Source: Antedon mediterranea
Lineage: Eukaryota; Animalia; Echinodermata
Assembly: GCF_964355755.1 (NCBI RefSeq)
Contig: NC_092679.1
Span: forward strand, 2,076,201 to 2,140,200
Direction of reading: 5' to 3'
Length of the DNA stretch: 64,000 nucleotides
Within the stretch, counting starts at the first letter, position 1, and the number at the start of each line of letters is the position of its first letter. Positions 37,511-50,100 of this stretch are shown one piece after another. The position numbers and the translations under genes are program-made. Below the pieces are notes generated by a model. That model was not told the DNA's origin and did not search any database. It saw only the letters and a list, made by a program, of their open reading frames with translations.

Positions 37511-38275
37511 GTAATAGTACTGTACGTACATTTTAATGTAAATAGTGTAATCAAATATGATTCAGATTCAGTTTATGTATAAATAATTGCCAATTAACTG
37601 TTTTAAAAGTTTTTTTAATGCAATGTTATAATATGCAGGAAATACAGTATATGTATCATTTGTAAGTTTTACTAATTATTAAATATTGTAAATGAAAGCA
37701 ATACAGGTAGTGTACTAACAAATGCCAAATAAATTATAGAGAAACAATTGTCTTTCTACATATTATTTTATATAGTAACACTAACTAATGCAGCAAAAAT
37801 ATATTTTTTGTTACACAATAAGAGATTTCAAAACTTCTTGGTACTAAACATTTAAAACAAATGACAACACCTTTCAGATGTTCTCACTTCATATTTCAGA
37901 TGACTCAGAAAAAAAATTTTCAAATTATACTCGCCCACACCGATAACTGTATTGCAAAGGCGAAAAAATTAAAATTAACTTTAATATAAAGCAATTTACA
38001 CAAATTTTGGAAGTACTGTGGCTCAGTGGGCACTATTTTTCATATTGCCCTGGCAGCTGCTATTAGAAGAGGCCTATTTCAATTAGTGCCTTTTATATTT
38101 AAAAAGTATGGTGACAGGATATAAACTAACAAACATATACTATTGCATTGTATCTTGCTTAAAATAGACAATTTCAGTCGTTAAATTCCCTGAAATATAG
38201 TAAGGTTAAAATATTTTCTGTGTATATAAAAAATATATATATTATATACATTTCCTATTAAAATGTATACATATA

Positions 38276-38977
38276 AAGTACCTATAAATATAATACTAGT
38301 AGTAGAAGTACCTATTAATATAATACTAGTAGTAGAAGTACCTATAAATATAATACTAGTAGTAGAAGTACCTATTAATATAATACTAGTAGTAGAAGTA
38401 CCTATTAATATAATACTAGTAGTAGAAGTACCTATTAATATAATACTAGTAGTAGAAGCACCTATTAATATAATACTAGTAGTAGAAGTACCTATTAATA
38501 TAATACTAGTAGTAGAAGTACCTATTAATATAATACTAGTAGTAGAAGTACCTATTAATATAATACTAGTAGTAGAAGTACCTATAAATATAATACTAGT
38601 AGTAGAAGTACCTATTAATATAATACTAGTAGTAGAAGTACCTATTAATATAATACTAGTAGTAGAAGTACCTATTAATATAATACTAGTAGTAGAAGCA
38701 CCTATTAATATAATACTAGTAGTAGAAGCACCTATTAATATAATACTAGTAGTAGAAGTACCTATTAATATAATACTAGTAGTAGAAGTACCTATTAATA
38801 TAATACTAGTAGTAGAAGTACCTATTAATATAATACTAGTAGTAGAAGTACCTATTAATATAATACTAGTAGTAGAAGTACCTATTAATATAATACTAGT
38901 AGTAGAAGTACCTATTAATATAATACTAGTAGTAGAAGTACCTATTAATATAATACTAGTAGTAGAAGTACCTATAA
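38276..38977. repeat. 30-bp minisatellite x ~23
   Basis: AAGTACCTATTAATATAATACTAGTAGTAG, near-perfect, no spacers. Confidence 0.97.
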
Positions 38978-39152
38978 CCTCAAAAAGCTGCCTGTGGATT
39001 CCTTTATAACACCAAGACCATTGGCTTATTTTGAAAAGAGAAGATAAAATATGGAAGACTAAAGTACTACAATAATACTCCCACTGCAGATCTGAAAGGC
39101 AGAAAAATGACCTGATTTGACCCTGGCAGCCTGATAATGACCCCTGAACTTA

Positions 39153-42100
39153 TTATTCGTATAATCCATGTCTGTCTTTGACTATCATCATGTTATCTAT
39201 AACTTTTCCATCCTAAAATACAACAAAAAATAAAAAACATATTCATTAACTTATATATTTGTCATTATATATCTAGTTTTTAGTACCTAATTATTTCCAA
39301 GCAGAAGTACTACGATCTTCCTCCTCCCCCTCCCCAATTTTTCTCAAACCCCCCGCCCCATTGCTTTATTTACCTGATTATCCGATACTTGCTCAAAGTA
39401 AAGGTGCGTTTCGTTGATGACATGCATTCTGCTGTAACCATAGTCCCTTGATCGGAAAGCATCCCAGTCCATCTTGCGTATTTTAAGCGGTGTTATTAGT
39501 TCCCGGTTTCCCTACAAAAAACACAAAACATTACAGCCCTTATGCTAATTGTGGATTTAAATATGCAATTCATTTCCTTTGTAAGATGATACTTACAGGT
39601 GAACCGGTTATTATATGAACAGGTGCGCCAGGGTTAGTATATGGATTTTCGTAGCTTCCATTGTACACCTAAACAAATGCAAAGACTGACTGGTAAGAGA
39701 AGACTAGCAAAACTTGTTAAGACACTATTTCAAATTCAAATATATACAAATACAAAGATGGAATAAAACTAATATGACTGTAGTTTAAAATAAAGTTAGT
39801 TATTTCAATGGGAGGTGAGCAAAATATTCCATGTCTAAAGCTACTCTCACTAAGAAAGTAGCAATACCGTTGCAAAGTGACTGGTGAGAAAAGACTAGCA
39901 GAGCTTTCAAACACTACAATTGACTTGTATTAATACACTCACTGTATTATTATAGACTGGATACATTCGTTCATATGCATGTTCATGGCCATATATCTCA
40001 AGATCAACTCCTAGAATAAGGAAAAAAATGTGAAAACTGCAACATTATTGTGTTTTATTATGTAAAAAGATTACATCATATCTTTACTTACAATAAGCAT
40101 ATACAGTAATATTACTTAATTTTTTTCTTATGAAAATTAAATTAAGAAATTAAATTGTCTACTTACCATACTTGTAAAATAGATCTTCAAAAGCTCCTCT
40201 TATCTAAAAATAATCAAATTCAGATTTATAGAAACAGAGCACGAAGAAAATTCACATAAAACTTAACTTTTAGAAATTAGGTCTTTAAAAATGTTCGTCT
40301 AAATATACTAAAACATAACCAAATATACTAAAAAAATATATACTAAACATAACAAAATATATTACCAAGGTTTCTCTTTTGTGACAATCCAGACCATAAC
40401 CTGAACAATACATTGGCCTATGACCTATTGTGATGATCCATGGCTGGTTCTTGCGATTCTTATTAGCTTCCTGTTTGGGGGAATAAAAAACAAACTATTA
40501 AAAGTCTAAATAAATATAGTATTACCAAATAAAGGTCTTTTCTTGTTATTATTATCATATACTGTACATTATTTTCAGTTTTGTTATTTCTTTTACTATG
40601 CATTGTTTAAGTATCCTGTACTTTTTTAATCACTGATTAAATTGTTTTCATGACAACATTTTAGTTTTGTTTCTGAATTTTTTTTAAATTTATCATTATT
40701 CTTGAATAACATTCAGATTATGGCGGACAAGTTGAGCATAAACTAATCACCTTTAGGTCTTGTTCAAGCCATTGAAACTGTTCATCAATGAGAAATTCAC
40801 CATAATCTTGGTAGAAGATTACCTCAGTGGAGAACGATATAATATGAGCAGGACCTATGTTCCAACTACAACAAATAATTGATAGCACATTAACCACATG
40901 TTTTAACAAAACAACAAGATTTTGAAATAGGGATGTGGCAAGCCTAATAATTGTTAAACAAAGCACTAAACTTAAACTCATTTTCTTTTGCATTGTATTT
41001 TCCAAGATTTAAACCGATGTATGAAATAATTGTTTTAAAACTGAATTGAAGATGTAAAGTACCTTACCTAAACCACAAGTTCTCAGTTTTTTCGTACATT
41101 GGCATAGTAAAACGATTCTTGTAATTGGAAAAATTACTGCAAATAAATCAAAATATACAAATTAATTAAGTGGGTTGAGCATTCATTGTACAGGTGTTAG
41201 TTCATAGGTCATTCATAGGTTCATATGTCAGAGGTGGACAACTTACTATTTTTGTTCATGGTTCCCAACACACGTCATGTACGGAACATAAGCGGCAATA
41301 GCTTCTATCTGACGCATAAAATCATTTCCTACCTTCCCGTTCCGGGAATCTAAGTCATATGCAATATCACCTAATTTAAGGAAAAGAAATAAATACAAAA
41401 AATCACATTGAATTTCAAGGATATATTCAACATAAAATATTCAAATCAATATAAAGCTCTGTCTACACTATCACTAGTTTGACAAAAAAAATGTGATGTC
41501 ATATCACTTCCATATTTAAGGATATCACTATCATATTTTGTCAAACTAGTTTGATAGTGTAGACAGAGCTTAAGAGTAACTAATAGTTATTATTTTCAAC
41601 ATCATTATTTACCTACCCACATGGAGCACAGCATCATAGAGTCCACTCTGTGTCTCACGTTGAAGCCTCATCATTGACCGGGCATTAGCGTTTCCTAAAT
41701 CACCATAAACTGCAAATTTTGGACTCCAACTTTTGATAGGTTGGCTGTGAAACCAAAATATTTGACTCCATCCTGATGGTCCTCCACAATGGTAAACTAA
41801 AAATAAATAAATTTGTTTGTAGTGTGTAGCAAAAATCAGAAATTATACTAGATATTTCAAAATAGAAAACAATTGTCACATACAGTATGCTTTATCTGGT
41901 TCAAGCGCAGTCAATTTGACCCGATGTATATATTGCACTCTTTTCATTATTCCTCCGTCTACAAATGTTGTAGTCATTCCTGTTGCGTTTTTGTTTAGCT
42001 TTAAATCTTGGCCATACTCGACTACTGGTATCGTATCTATCATGGTACTCCATGTCACCATCATCTCGTTAACTTTATCTATAAAAAAAGGTTTTCATTA

Positions 42101-43269
42101 TTAATAATAATAATAGTTCATTCTTATATAGCGCATATAAGCAAGTTCTCAATGCGCTGCACATTATTACCCTGGTCATTTTTTAGATCAAACACGTATG
42201 GAAACATATACTCCTACAATAATGCAGCTAGTAATCAGCGCAAAGTTGTGTCTTGGTTTTACTAAAATAGTAATGAACGCAAATAATTTGACTAATCACT
42301 AGTGTAGTAGCAGATCTTCCAAAATATGTGATTGATGTCGCTAGTATTATGCAACACGCGCATTGTAGGCCTACTGAGAAACTTTAGATGGGGTCCACTA
42401 CTGGACCAATGGAAAAGAATAGAGCGCAGCAATAATAGGCTATGTAAAATATGTAATATAAATGAAGTTGAAGATGAATATCATTTTGTTACGGTTTGCT
42501 CTCGTTACAAGGAAATCAGAAAAAAATTTATACCTTCTTTATTTTTTGAAAATCCAAATTCTGTCGTTTAATGTCATCACAGGATCCAAAAATTATTGAT
42601 AATCTATCCGAATTTATCATGTAAGTTAAGATATATGTTTTGCTTAGAGAACGAAATTAATTAATTCATTTATCTTGTGACCATAAATTGCTTTATTTTT
42701 CAATATAATTATTAGTTTGTTAATTACTAGGGACCAGAGGCCTAAACTTAAAGTAAATAAAGTCAGGCGATAAGCCTGAATGAATAAATAAACTGGCAAC
42801 CTCTACAACCAACAACCACTGAAAAAGGTATCTGAGGCTCTTCTTTGTAAAAAGATAGACTAACAAATTTAAAAACTAAATTAATTTATTACATTAATTA
42901 TTATTAAATCAAAATTGATGAAGACTGATCCATTTAAAGAATTAATATGACACGAAAATTGCAGTGCCTTGTTTTTTACTGTATTATGGAATTAACCTTT
43001 CCTTTTTACCCTTCACAAATCCTTCCGGTCGATTTTATAGGAGGCGGAATGGGTGAAAATGAGTCACAACCCTCCCTACCTTAGTACCTAGGCCTTTCTT
43101 AGGCTCATCACACATAACGGTGCCTATATTAATAATTATGCCTTGCCTTTCCTCCCGTGGAAAATTACTTACTTGTAAAAGACAGGTGAATTTGTTCAGG
43201 ATAAACATCATCTGCTTTGCAATCAGATAAAATAAAATAATTTACAAAAACAAGCAGTATTATCAACAT
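39153..43269 (-). CDS. ACP7: Acid phosphatase type 7, paralog b, 12 coding exons
   Basis: MLIILLVFVNYFILSDCKA signal peptide, then YPEQIHLS, GDLG, GDIAYD, GNHE, GHRPMYC and GHEHAYER. Exons approx. 43173-43269, 41884-42078, 41618-41797, 41247-41371, 41068-41137, 40751-40866, 40366-40470, 40168-40204, 39942-40011, 39597-39668, 39375-39512, 39153-39212. Confidence 0.92.
41455..41570. mobile_element. MITE family A copy, TAA target duplication
   Basis: Full TIRs, TAA/TAA flanks. Confidence 0.85.
42100..42260 (-). mobile_element. SINE/L2-type 3' tail fragment
   Basis: Minus strand AGCGCATTGAG...GCGCTATATAAGAATGAAC(TAT)n. A similar tail lies at ~63460-63515. Confidence 0.5.
42370..42792 (+). mobile_element. 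LINE 3' fragment with C-terminal CCHC finger (RTE-X-like)
   Basis: RLCKICNINEVEDEYHFVTVCSRYKEIRKKF, ending in AATAAATAAA. Confidence 0.65.
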
Positions 43270-43420
43270 GTTACTTTTTACTACAAACAAAATGTAAAGA
43301 AACGCCCTCAAACAAGTACACGTTCTCGTCTCGCTTGATTGAGTTTGTTTTGGTTTTTAAAAATGTTCAATGATCGCGGCACACAAAATTTGTGAAATTT
43401 AAAATTAATACAAGATTTAA

Positions 43421-45910
43421 ATGAGTAATCCCAACATTAATGGGATTTCTCCAACCCGTGTTAATCAAGAACAACTCCACTTGTTGAAACAGGTCAGTAA
43501 ATAGTTCACAATTGAAGCTAGGCCCTCTCCTGGCCTAGGGCTAGGGCCTAGGCCTAACTAAATAGCGTTCGGACCATCTTATAACTTTAAGTAAGGCCGG
43601 TAGTGCCTAGTTATTAAGCCTACTCTAACTAATGCGAATGGATATATAAAAATAGACTGTACCTCATTGTGGTAGGGAAACAACCTAGCCACGTTTGTTT
43701 TTGAAATGCTAATGCTAAAAATATATTTTAAATATTTATAATAATACTGTACACCATAAATAGGCAAAGCAAAGTTATAATGAATAGTAGGCCTATAGGC
43801 CTAGTCTATCTTTCAACACAACCGACCGCCGATATATTTATTAGTTAATTTAGCGCCCTCTAAAACTAAATTAGTGCCCTCTAAAATTAGCATACCTTTA
43901 GTAGCCAAAGTAATGGATATAATTATTAAAAAACCAATTGACATGTATTTTTGTATTAAACATAGGTGTTCTTTGAATCTGATGACAGCCAAAAAGGGTT
44001 TCTTGATCGCCAGGATGTCAAAGTTGCCGTTTTATCACTTCTTGGTTATAAACCCTCAAAGGTATAACAAAAATCCATTTTAGCTACTAACATAGCTACC
44101 TTAAAATTGACATTACAAATGTAACTGTCCTTGCAGTTAAAATATAAAGTTCTTGTAATTGTATATATATAGGATAAGACTGGTTGATTATGAAAAGACA
44201 AAAAAAACCACCAATAATATTTTTAATATATTTTAATGTTAATTTTGTATTTTTTATTAGTTTGAAGTTGATGAAATCCTTGGCTGCAACAAAGGTAATC
44301 AGATCAACTGATAATAGGGAGCTTTCGAAATAGCATCGCGCCAGTCAGAGACATCCACCCTACGATGCTTAAATCAACCAAATCTTGTTGCCTGTTTAAC
44401 AACGGTCCGCAGAATTTTCTTGTATGCATGTGGACGGTGAATTGCATACTCGGTTGCGCGTCGCATACTTCCACGTTGTCTGTTTCAATATCTCAATATT
44501 TCCCACATTGATCAAATCTCTATCTACCTATCTATTTTTCTTTGGAAAATATTCTATGCTAGTTTTAATTGCCCGAGGAGTACAGTCTGATTCTCTGATA
44601 ATACCTTGTTATTAATAATCGATAGTAATAATTTTGGATTAATATCTTTCTGAATGCATAATAAAAATTATTATTATACTAGTTGAAACCATCAGTCTCT
44701 TTCTCTCAATTAATTTGAAATGCCCACACACAGCATTATTAAATTAAAAATCAATTTACATTCGAGTAACACATACTGTCCTAACAATGAAACAACATTT
44801 TTTTTTCAGGTTTTTACCCTACATTTTATTCATTTATCTTGCCTCGTAAATGCTGTCGTAAACAGAACATAAATTTCGAAATTTCTATTTAAACAAAAGC
44901 TCTATATCAGGTTATGCGAACAAACCGCTCTGAATAAATTACATATATTTAATAAATTAATTATACCTTATTGTATTTTAAATTAAATTTAAGCAGTACA
45001 CTATAAGTACAGTATTACTGTATGAATAGTGTAATGACTTTAGCTTTGGTCAAACGTACATTTAATCTACTCGATGTCTTGTAGGGATAACTTTACAAGG
45101 CTTTATTGAGATCATGCTACCTAAGCTGCAAGACAGAGATAACGATGACGAGATACGCCAGATTTTTATGACCTTTGATATGCAGTGTAAGTACACTTAA
45201 TATTTAAAATAATGTTTTCACTTTGTATAAAGCTCTGTCTACACTATCAAACTAGTTTGACAAAAAAAGTGTGATGTGTACAAATATGGTAGTGATATGC
45301 TTAAATATGGTAGTGATATGACATGTCCATAATCTTTAATCACCACATTTTTTTGTCACATAAAGTTTGATAGTGTAGACAGAGCTTTACACTTGTTAAA
45401 TTCTACTGGTAATATATTGAGATTGTGTAATTTAGCCATTGGCGGCTACTTGTATTTTGTTATGCCCAATTAAAACAAAATTAAAATGAATGTAGCTACT
45501 CTCAGTCATCAAGTTTAATTATTTTGCTATTTAATATCATTGTTATAATAATAATTGTTTTTATTATTAGGTAAAGGTTTTATCAATGCCGTGGATCTCC
45601 AAAGAGTATTTTCAGAAGTGGCTCCACACATTCCAACTCATCGAATACATTCGGTTTTCAGGTATGTTGTGTTACTTGTATTTTGCATTCAATTTATGCG
45701 ACAAAAAAGACATTTTCTCTTTTTCACAACATAACATAGTAGTCGTTGAATACTGAATAAAATACCATTGACAAATTGCCATATTTCTTAGCTTTTTTTC
45801 AAAATTTATAAATGACAACTCGTTTTTTTAGTGAGATTGACCGAGATGGCGATGGAAGGGTCAGCTACAAAGATTTTGAATTTATGATGCAATTTCATGT
45901 TGGCGACTGA
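43421..45910 (+). CDS. EFCAB11: EF-hand calcium-binding domain-containing protein 11
   Basis: Exons 43421-43492, 43966-44061, 44261-44294, 45085-45186, 45571-45661, 45832-45910. They encode VFFESDDSQKGFLDRQDVKVAVLSLLGYKPSKFEVD, EIRQIFMTFDMQCKGFI, VAPHIP and VFSEIDRDGDGRVSYKDFE, matching EFCAB11. Confidence 0.88.
45231..45386. mobile_element. MITE family A copy
   Basis: Perfect TIR AGCTCTGTCTACACTATCAAACT. A partial copy also lies at ~45960-46042 in the EFCAB11 3' UTR. Confidence 0.88.
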
Positions 45911-46412
45911 AATGGTCATTTGTAAAACTGAAAGACGAATCTTGCCGATGAACTGTAGTAGTCCAAATATGTCATCAACATGTCCATATATGGGCACATC
46001 ACATTTTGTTGTCACATAAAGTTTGATAGTGTGGACAGAGCTTTAGAATGGTTTCTATTATCAGTTTTTACATGCTGTACTTTATTTTACTACTGAAAAT
46101 TAGTCATGTGGACACAAGTATTAAAGACATGAACCCTTTCTAAAACTAGTGACTAGAATCTTGTATTTATGGGAAAAAAAAGGGTGAACACCACCTTCCC
46201 TTCCCTACAAAGTGAACAGCGTAGGTTCAACCAAATGGTTGGTGTATTTTTAGTGTACTGTATATATAATATAATGTATTCAATAAATAAAGAAAATGTC
46301 ATTTTCAGTATGTTTACTATGACTTAAATTTAAACAAGGAGAGCTTGAAACGGATGGCATTGATTAAAATTATTTATAATCGGCTGGTTCTATTTATTTC
46401 TAGCCCTGCTTA

Positions 46413-46487
46413 ATAGGTTAAGCCCCGCCTTATAGGTTAAGCCCCGCCTTATAGGTTAAGCCCCGCCTTATAGGTTAAGCCCCGCCT
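46413..46487. repeat. 19-bp repeat x4 containing GC-boxes
   Basis: ATAGGTTAAGCCCCGCCTT. Confidence 0.9.
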
Positions 46488-47173
46488 ACTTTCATACTAA
46501 AATACACAGACAGTAACAGAATACATGTATTATATTTATTCTCTGTTCAATAATTGACAATATAAACATACTTTACATTTTCGTAACGTGTGTAATAAAC
46601 CGTACAGTAATACTTAACATATAAACCCGCTTTGCAACCACCAATTACAAACGACTGATCGTCCTAACTGTCGCCTGTGATTGGTCAAAATTATTGCGTC
46701 GCGTGTACGTCCATACTATAATAACTTATATAATTTAGAAGCACAAACGAAATTCCAAATCACAACTTGAAACTTTGATAATTTTAAATCAACTTAAAAA
46801 CTGTGTTTAATTTCCGAGAGCGTATAATAATGGTGCTGGAATGGAATAATACGAGACAGATAAATAAGAAAAATATACATAAAACAATTAAGTTCTAGTT
46901 TAAAAAAAGCTAATACATAAGAATACATATTATTTTTGTATATTTTCAGACTCTTATGGGCATTTATGCTTTATTTATGTGATTTGTTTTGTCACACAGA
47001 TATAGTCCGATGAATCACATGATTGTTTATATTTTTCATCTGATATTTTGAATCGCACATATTTCGGTTTCTTCTGACGTCATTTTCATCTGTTTAATGA
47101 TATTGTCCGTTTATTTTTATTTTAAGTCACTTGATGACGTCACTTGTATGCATTCTCATTTCAGTAGGCCTCT

Positions 47174-50100
47174 CTAAGTTTGTGTTTTTTTCATTGACAA
47201 CTTCTTGAGTGCGTCCACTATCATCTTCTTGGATTCCTGGTTATTTCCACTCCGAAGGCCCTTCAATTCATTTACGACCGTGTCCTGTAACATAGCAATA
47301 AAGCAACAGTAAATCAACCAATGACAGTCTCTTAATTCTTGCTATGATAAATCAGATAATCTTTCAAAAAGTCAATCCGATCTTACAATAAACCAATGAG
47401 GCTGACTGAATCAATCACTTGCCCAGTCAATCTTGAAGTCAAATCTCTGTATAGAGGCCCTATCGCCAGATATAAATTTAAAGCTTAGGTACAGGCATGA
47501 ATTTTAAATTTAATATTTGGTTAATTGTACATAAATCAAATATTTGTAACAGAAATCGAGACGAAAAAACATGAATTTCACTTAATATGGTCAAATACAA
47601 ACTTTGGCAAAATTCTTCCATAAAAACCAGGAAGACTTTTTTTCAGTAGTTAGGTAGTTAACCTAATGTATAACATGTCTGGTGACTCCCTAGACGGTGA
47701 AAAAAGATGTGGATAATTTTGCTATAGCATGAAAATAAATTTTGAAGTTTTTACCACACCGTTTATTTTTCATAGCTTTTTAAAATGCCTCTCTATTTAC
47801 AAAATGTGTGTACACAAACGAATAGATATTTTACTGTGTAATTTGAACTATCCCCCCACTGATAAGAAAGTGCTTATTTTCAACAAACTCGTGTAACACA
47901 AATAAAATCCCAAAAATTATGAAGCATAGGGGAAACTATAGATCGATAATTATTGGAATGTATGATCAATAGAAATTTTTTGCCCGCACCTGGCCTTTAA
48001 AAGCATTGTACAGGCAGGGAAGATAATGCAATTTCACTTTTCCCTGGTATAGGCCTAGCCTCCTCAATCCACGCATACAAAATGAAACAAATATTATATG
48101 TTTCTTTAAATTAATTTGTATTATGTTTAATATCTTGATGTTTTGTAAATTCAAAAATATATTTATAAATATGTTATTTACAAGTAATATTAATTATTAC
48201 AAAGGAGCAGTTTAATTTGAAATATCAAGTTTCGTTGCCATTTAGAAATGTCCGATGCAAAGAACATTGCCCGACATTCGATCCGACAATCGACAGAACC
48301 AATTTGGCGATTCACAGTTTGTTTTTTTTTTGCAAAATTGCAAATTTTCTATTATCAAGAAAACGGCTCAATTACAGTATAATAACATGTGTACATTGTT
48401 ACACGCCTTAGGTGTCTATTTCATGCGTCAAGTTCAATATTTATTTTTAGTATATTAAGTTCTATCGGTCACCGAAAGTTTAGCTATATTAATTAGAAAA
48501 TAATATTGTTAAAAATAGCTGATAGTGTACCCATCTACGAAATGGTAATAATACCGGAAATATCTTGGGAGCTTGGCTCACACTTTGGAGACGCAACGCA
48601 ATGACGTAAGCGCAAGGTAAGCTATTTGACCAATCGCAATCAATATATTATATTCAACCTGTCGCTTGAAATTGTTCCTCGCTTGAGTTGCGCTTACGAA
48701 CCAAGCCTAATCCTTCGGAACGCGGTTTGAAACCACCAGCACACAGTTAATTGAAGAATTTTACATTAAAGATGTATTGTCTCCACAAAAACATGAAAAA
48801 TGAAGATTATTAAAATCAAACCTCGAATATGCCATTTTGTAATTTTAACAAAGTTAATTACTTCCGTAGAAAAATATCCAGAAAAAATAATGTTTTCACT
48901 TATAAAATGACAAAATAAACAGTTAAATTCAATCAAAAACCCATTGGCTGGCAGCCAATTTGACTATTTTTTGCTCCAAATTACAGTTTTTTCAGGTAAA
49001 TAATTTTTTTTCTCGATTTTTGGTGAAAGTGAATAACTATTATGTGACATTAAAATGGCATATTCAACAAACAAATTGTAAAAATTTATTTTTTCAGGGG
49101 GACAATACATCTTTAAAGTAAGATTGTACCGATTATCTATTTAACGCATGCGCAGTACTGCAAACTGTTCAATCTGATTGGTCGATTGCTGCAGCCATAT
49201 TGAACGGTTTCTCTCCATGGTTACTATAGCTTTTGAGCTTTTGTATTGTTTGGCCGTCAAGCTCCTTTGATATCATCACTACGATTTGTATTAATACTTA
49301 ATCTTACCTTTATGTTTTCATTACTTCCCGAAAGATCTTGTTCGTTTTCTTCTTCGTTGTCAGATGAAAATGATGACGAATCTTGGTTGTCGTCTACTTG
49401 TTCGTCTTTAAGTACAACCTCAGGTTGTCTTTTTACATCATCGTAAAATTCATTGTTCTCATTACCTTCTCGTATTAAATTATCACCAGTCTTTTCAAAA
49501 TTATTATTTTCTTTTATTTTTTGGTTTGTTTGAAAGTTATTGCTGATTCTATTAGATCTTCCTTTACTTCCAAAGTTATGTGTATTCATTGCCATATGCT
49601 TTTCTTCTGCTGGTATTTCACTCGCAGAATCATTCCCATTTTCCTCTGCTGGTGTTTCGCTGGCAGAGTCTTCTCCATTTTCCTCTCCTGGTATTTCGCT
49701 GGCAGAATCTTCTTCATTCTCCTCTGCTGGTGTTTCGCTGGCAGATTCTTCTCTATTTTTTTCTGCTGGTATTTCACTCGCAGAATCTTCGCCATTTTCC
49801 TCTGCTGATGTTTCGCTGGCAGAGTCTTCTACATTTTCCTCTGCTGGTGTTTCGCTGGCAGAGTCTTCTCCACTTTCCTCTGCTGGGATTTCACTCGCAG
49901 AATCACCTTCATTTTGTTCTGCTGGTGTTTCGCTGGCAGAATCTTCTCCATTTTCCTCTGCTGGTATTTCACTCGCAGAATCTTCTCCATTTTCCTCTGC
50001 TGGTGTTTCACTCGCAGAATCGTCCCTATCAATTCCATCTTCTGTATTCTCACTGTCGTCAACTTCTTCGGTGTCTTCTGCAGGCGTTTCACTGGCGGAA

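Noticed and set aside
38263-39009. 248-aa ORF of VPINIILVVE repeats / CRISPR-like array
   Set aside because: The ORF is a by-product of a stop-free 30-bp minisatellite. There are no unique spacers and no cas genes, and the context is eukaryotic.
2856-43269. Operon-like iron/metal-handling cluster (TfR-like gene, Fe-dependent ACP7s, DUF296)
   Set aside because: Adjacency in a compact animal genome is not evidence of a shared pathway without synteny or co-expression data.
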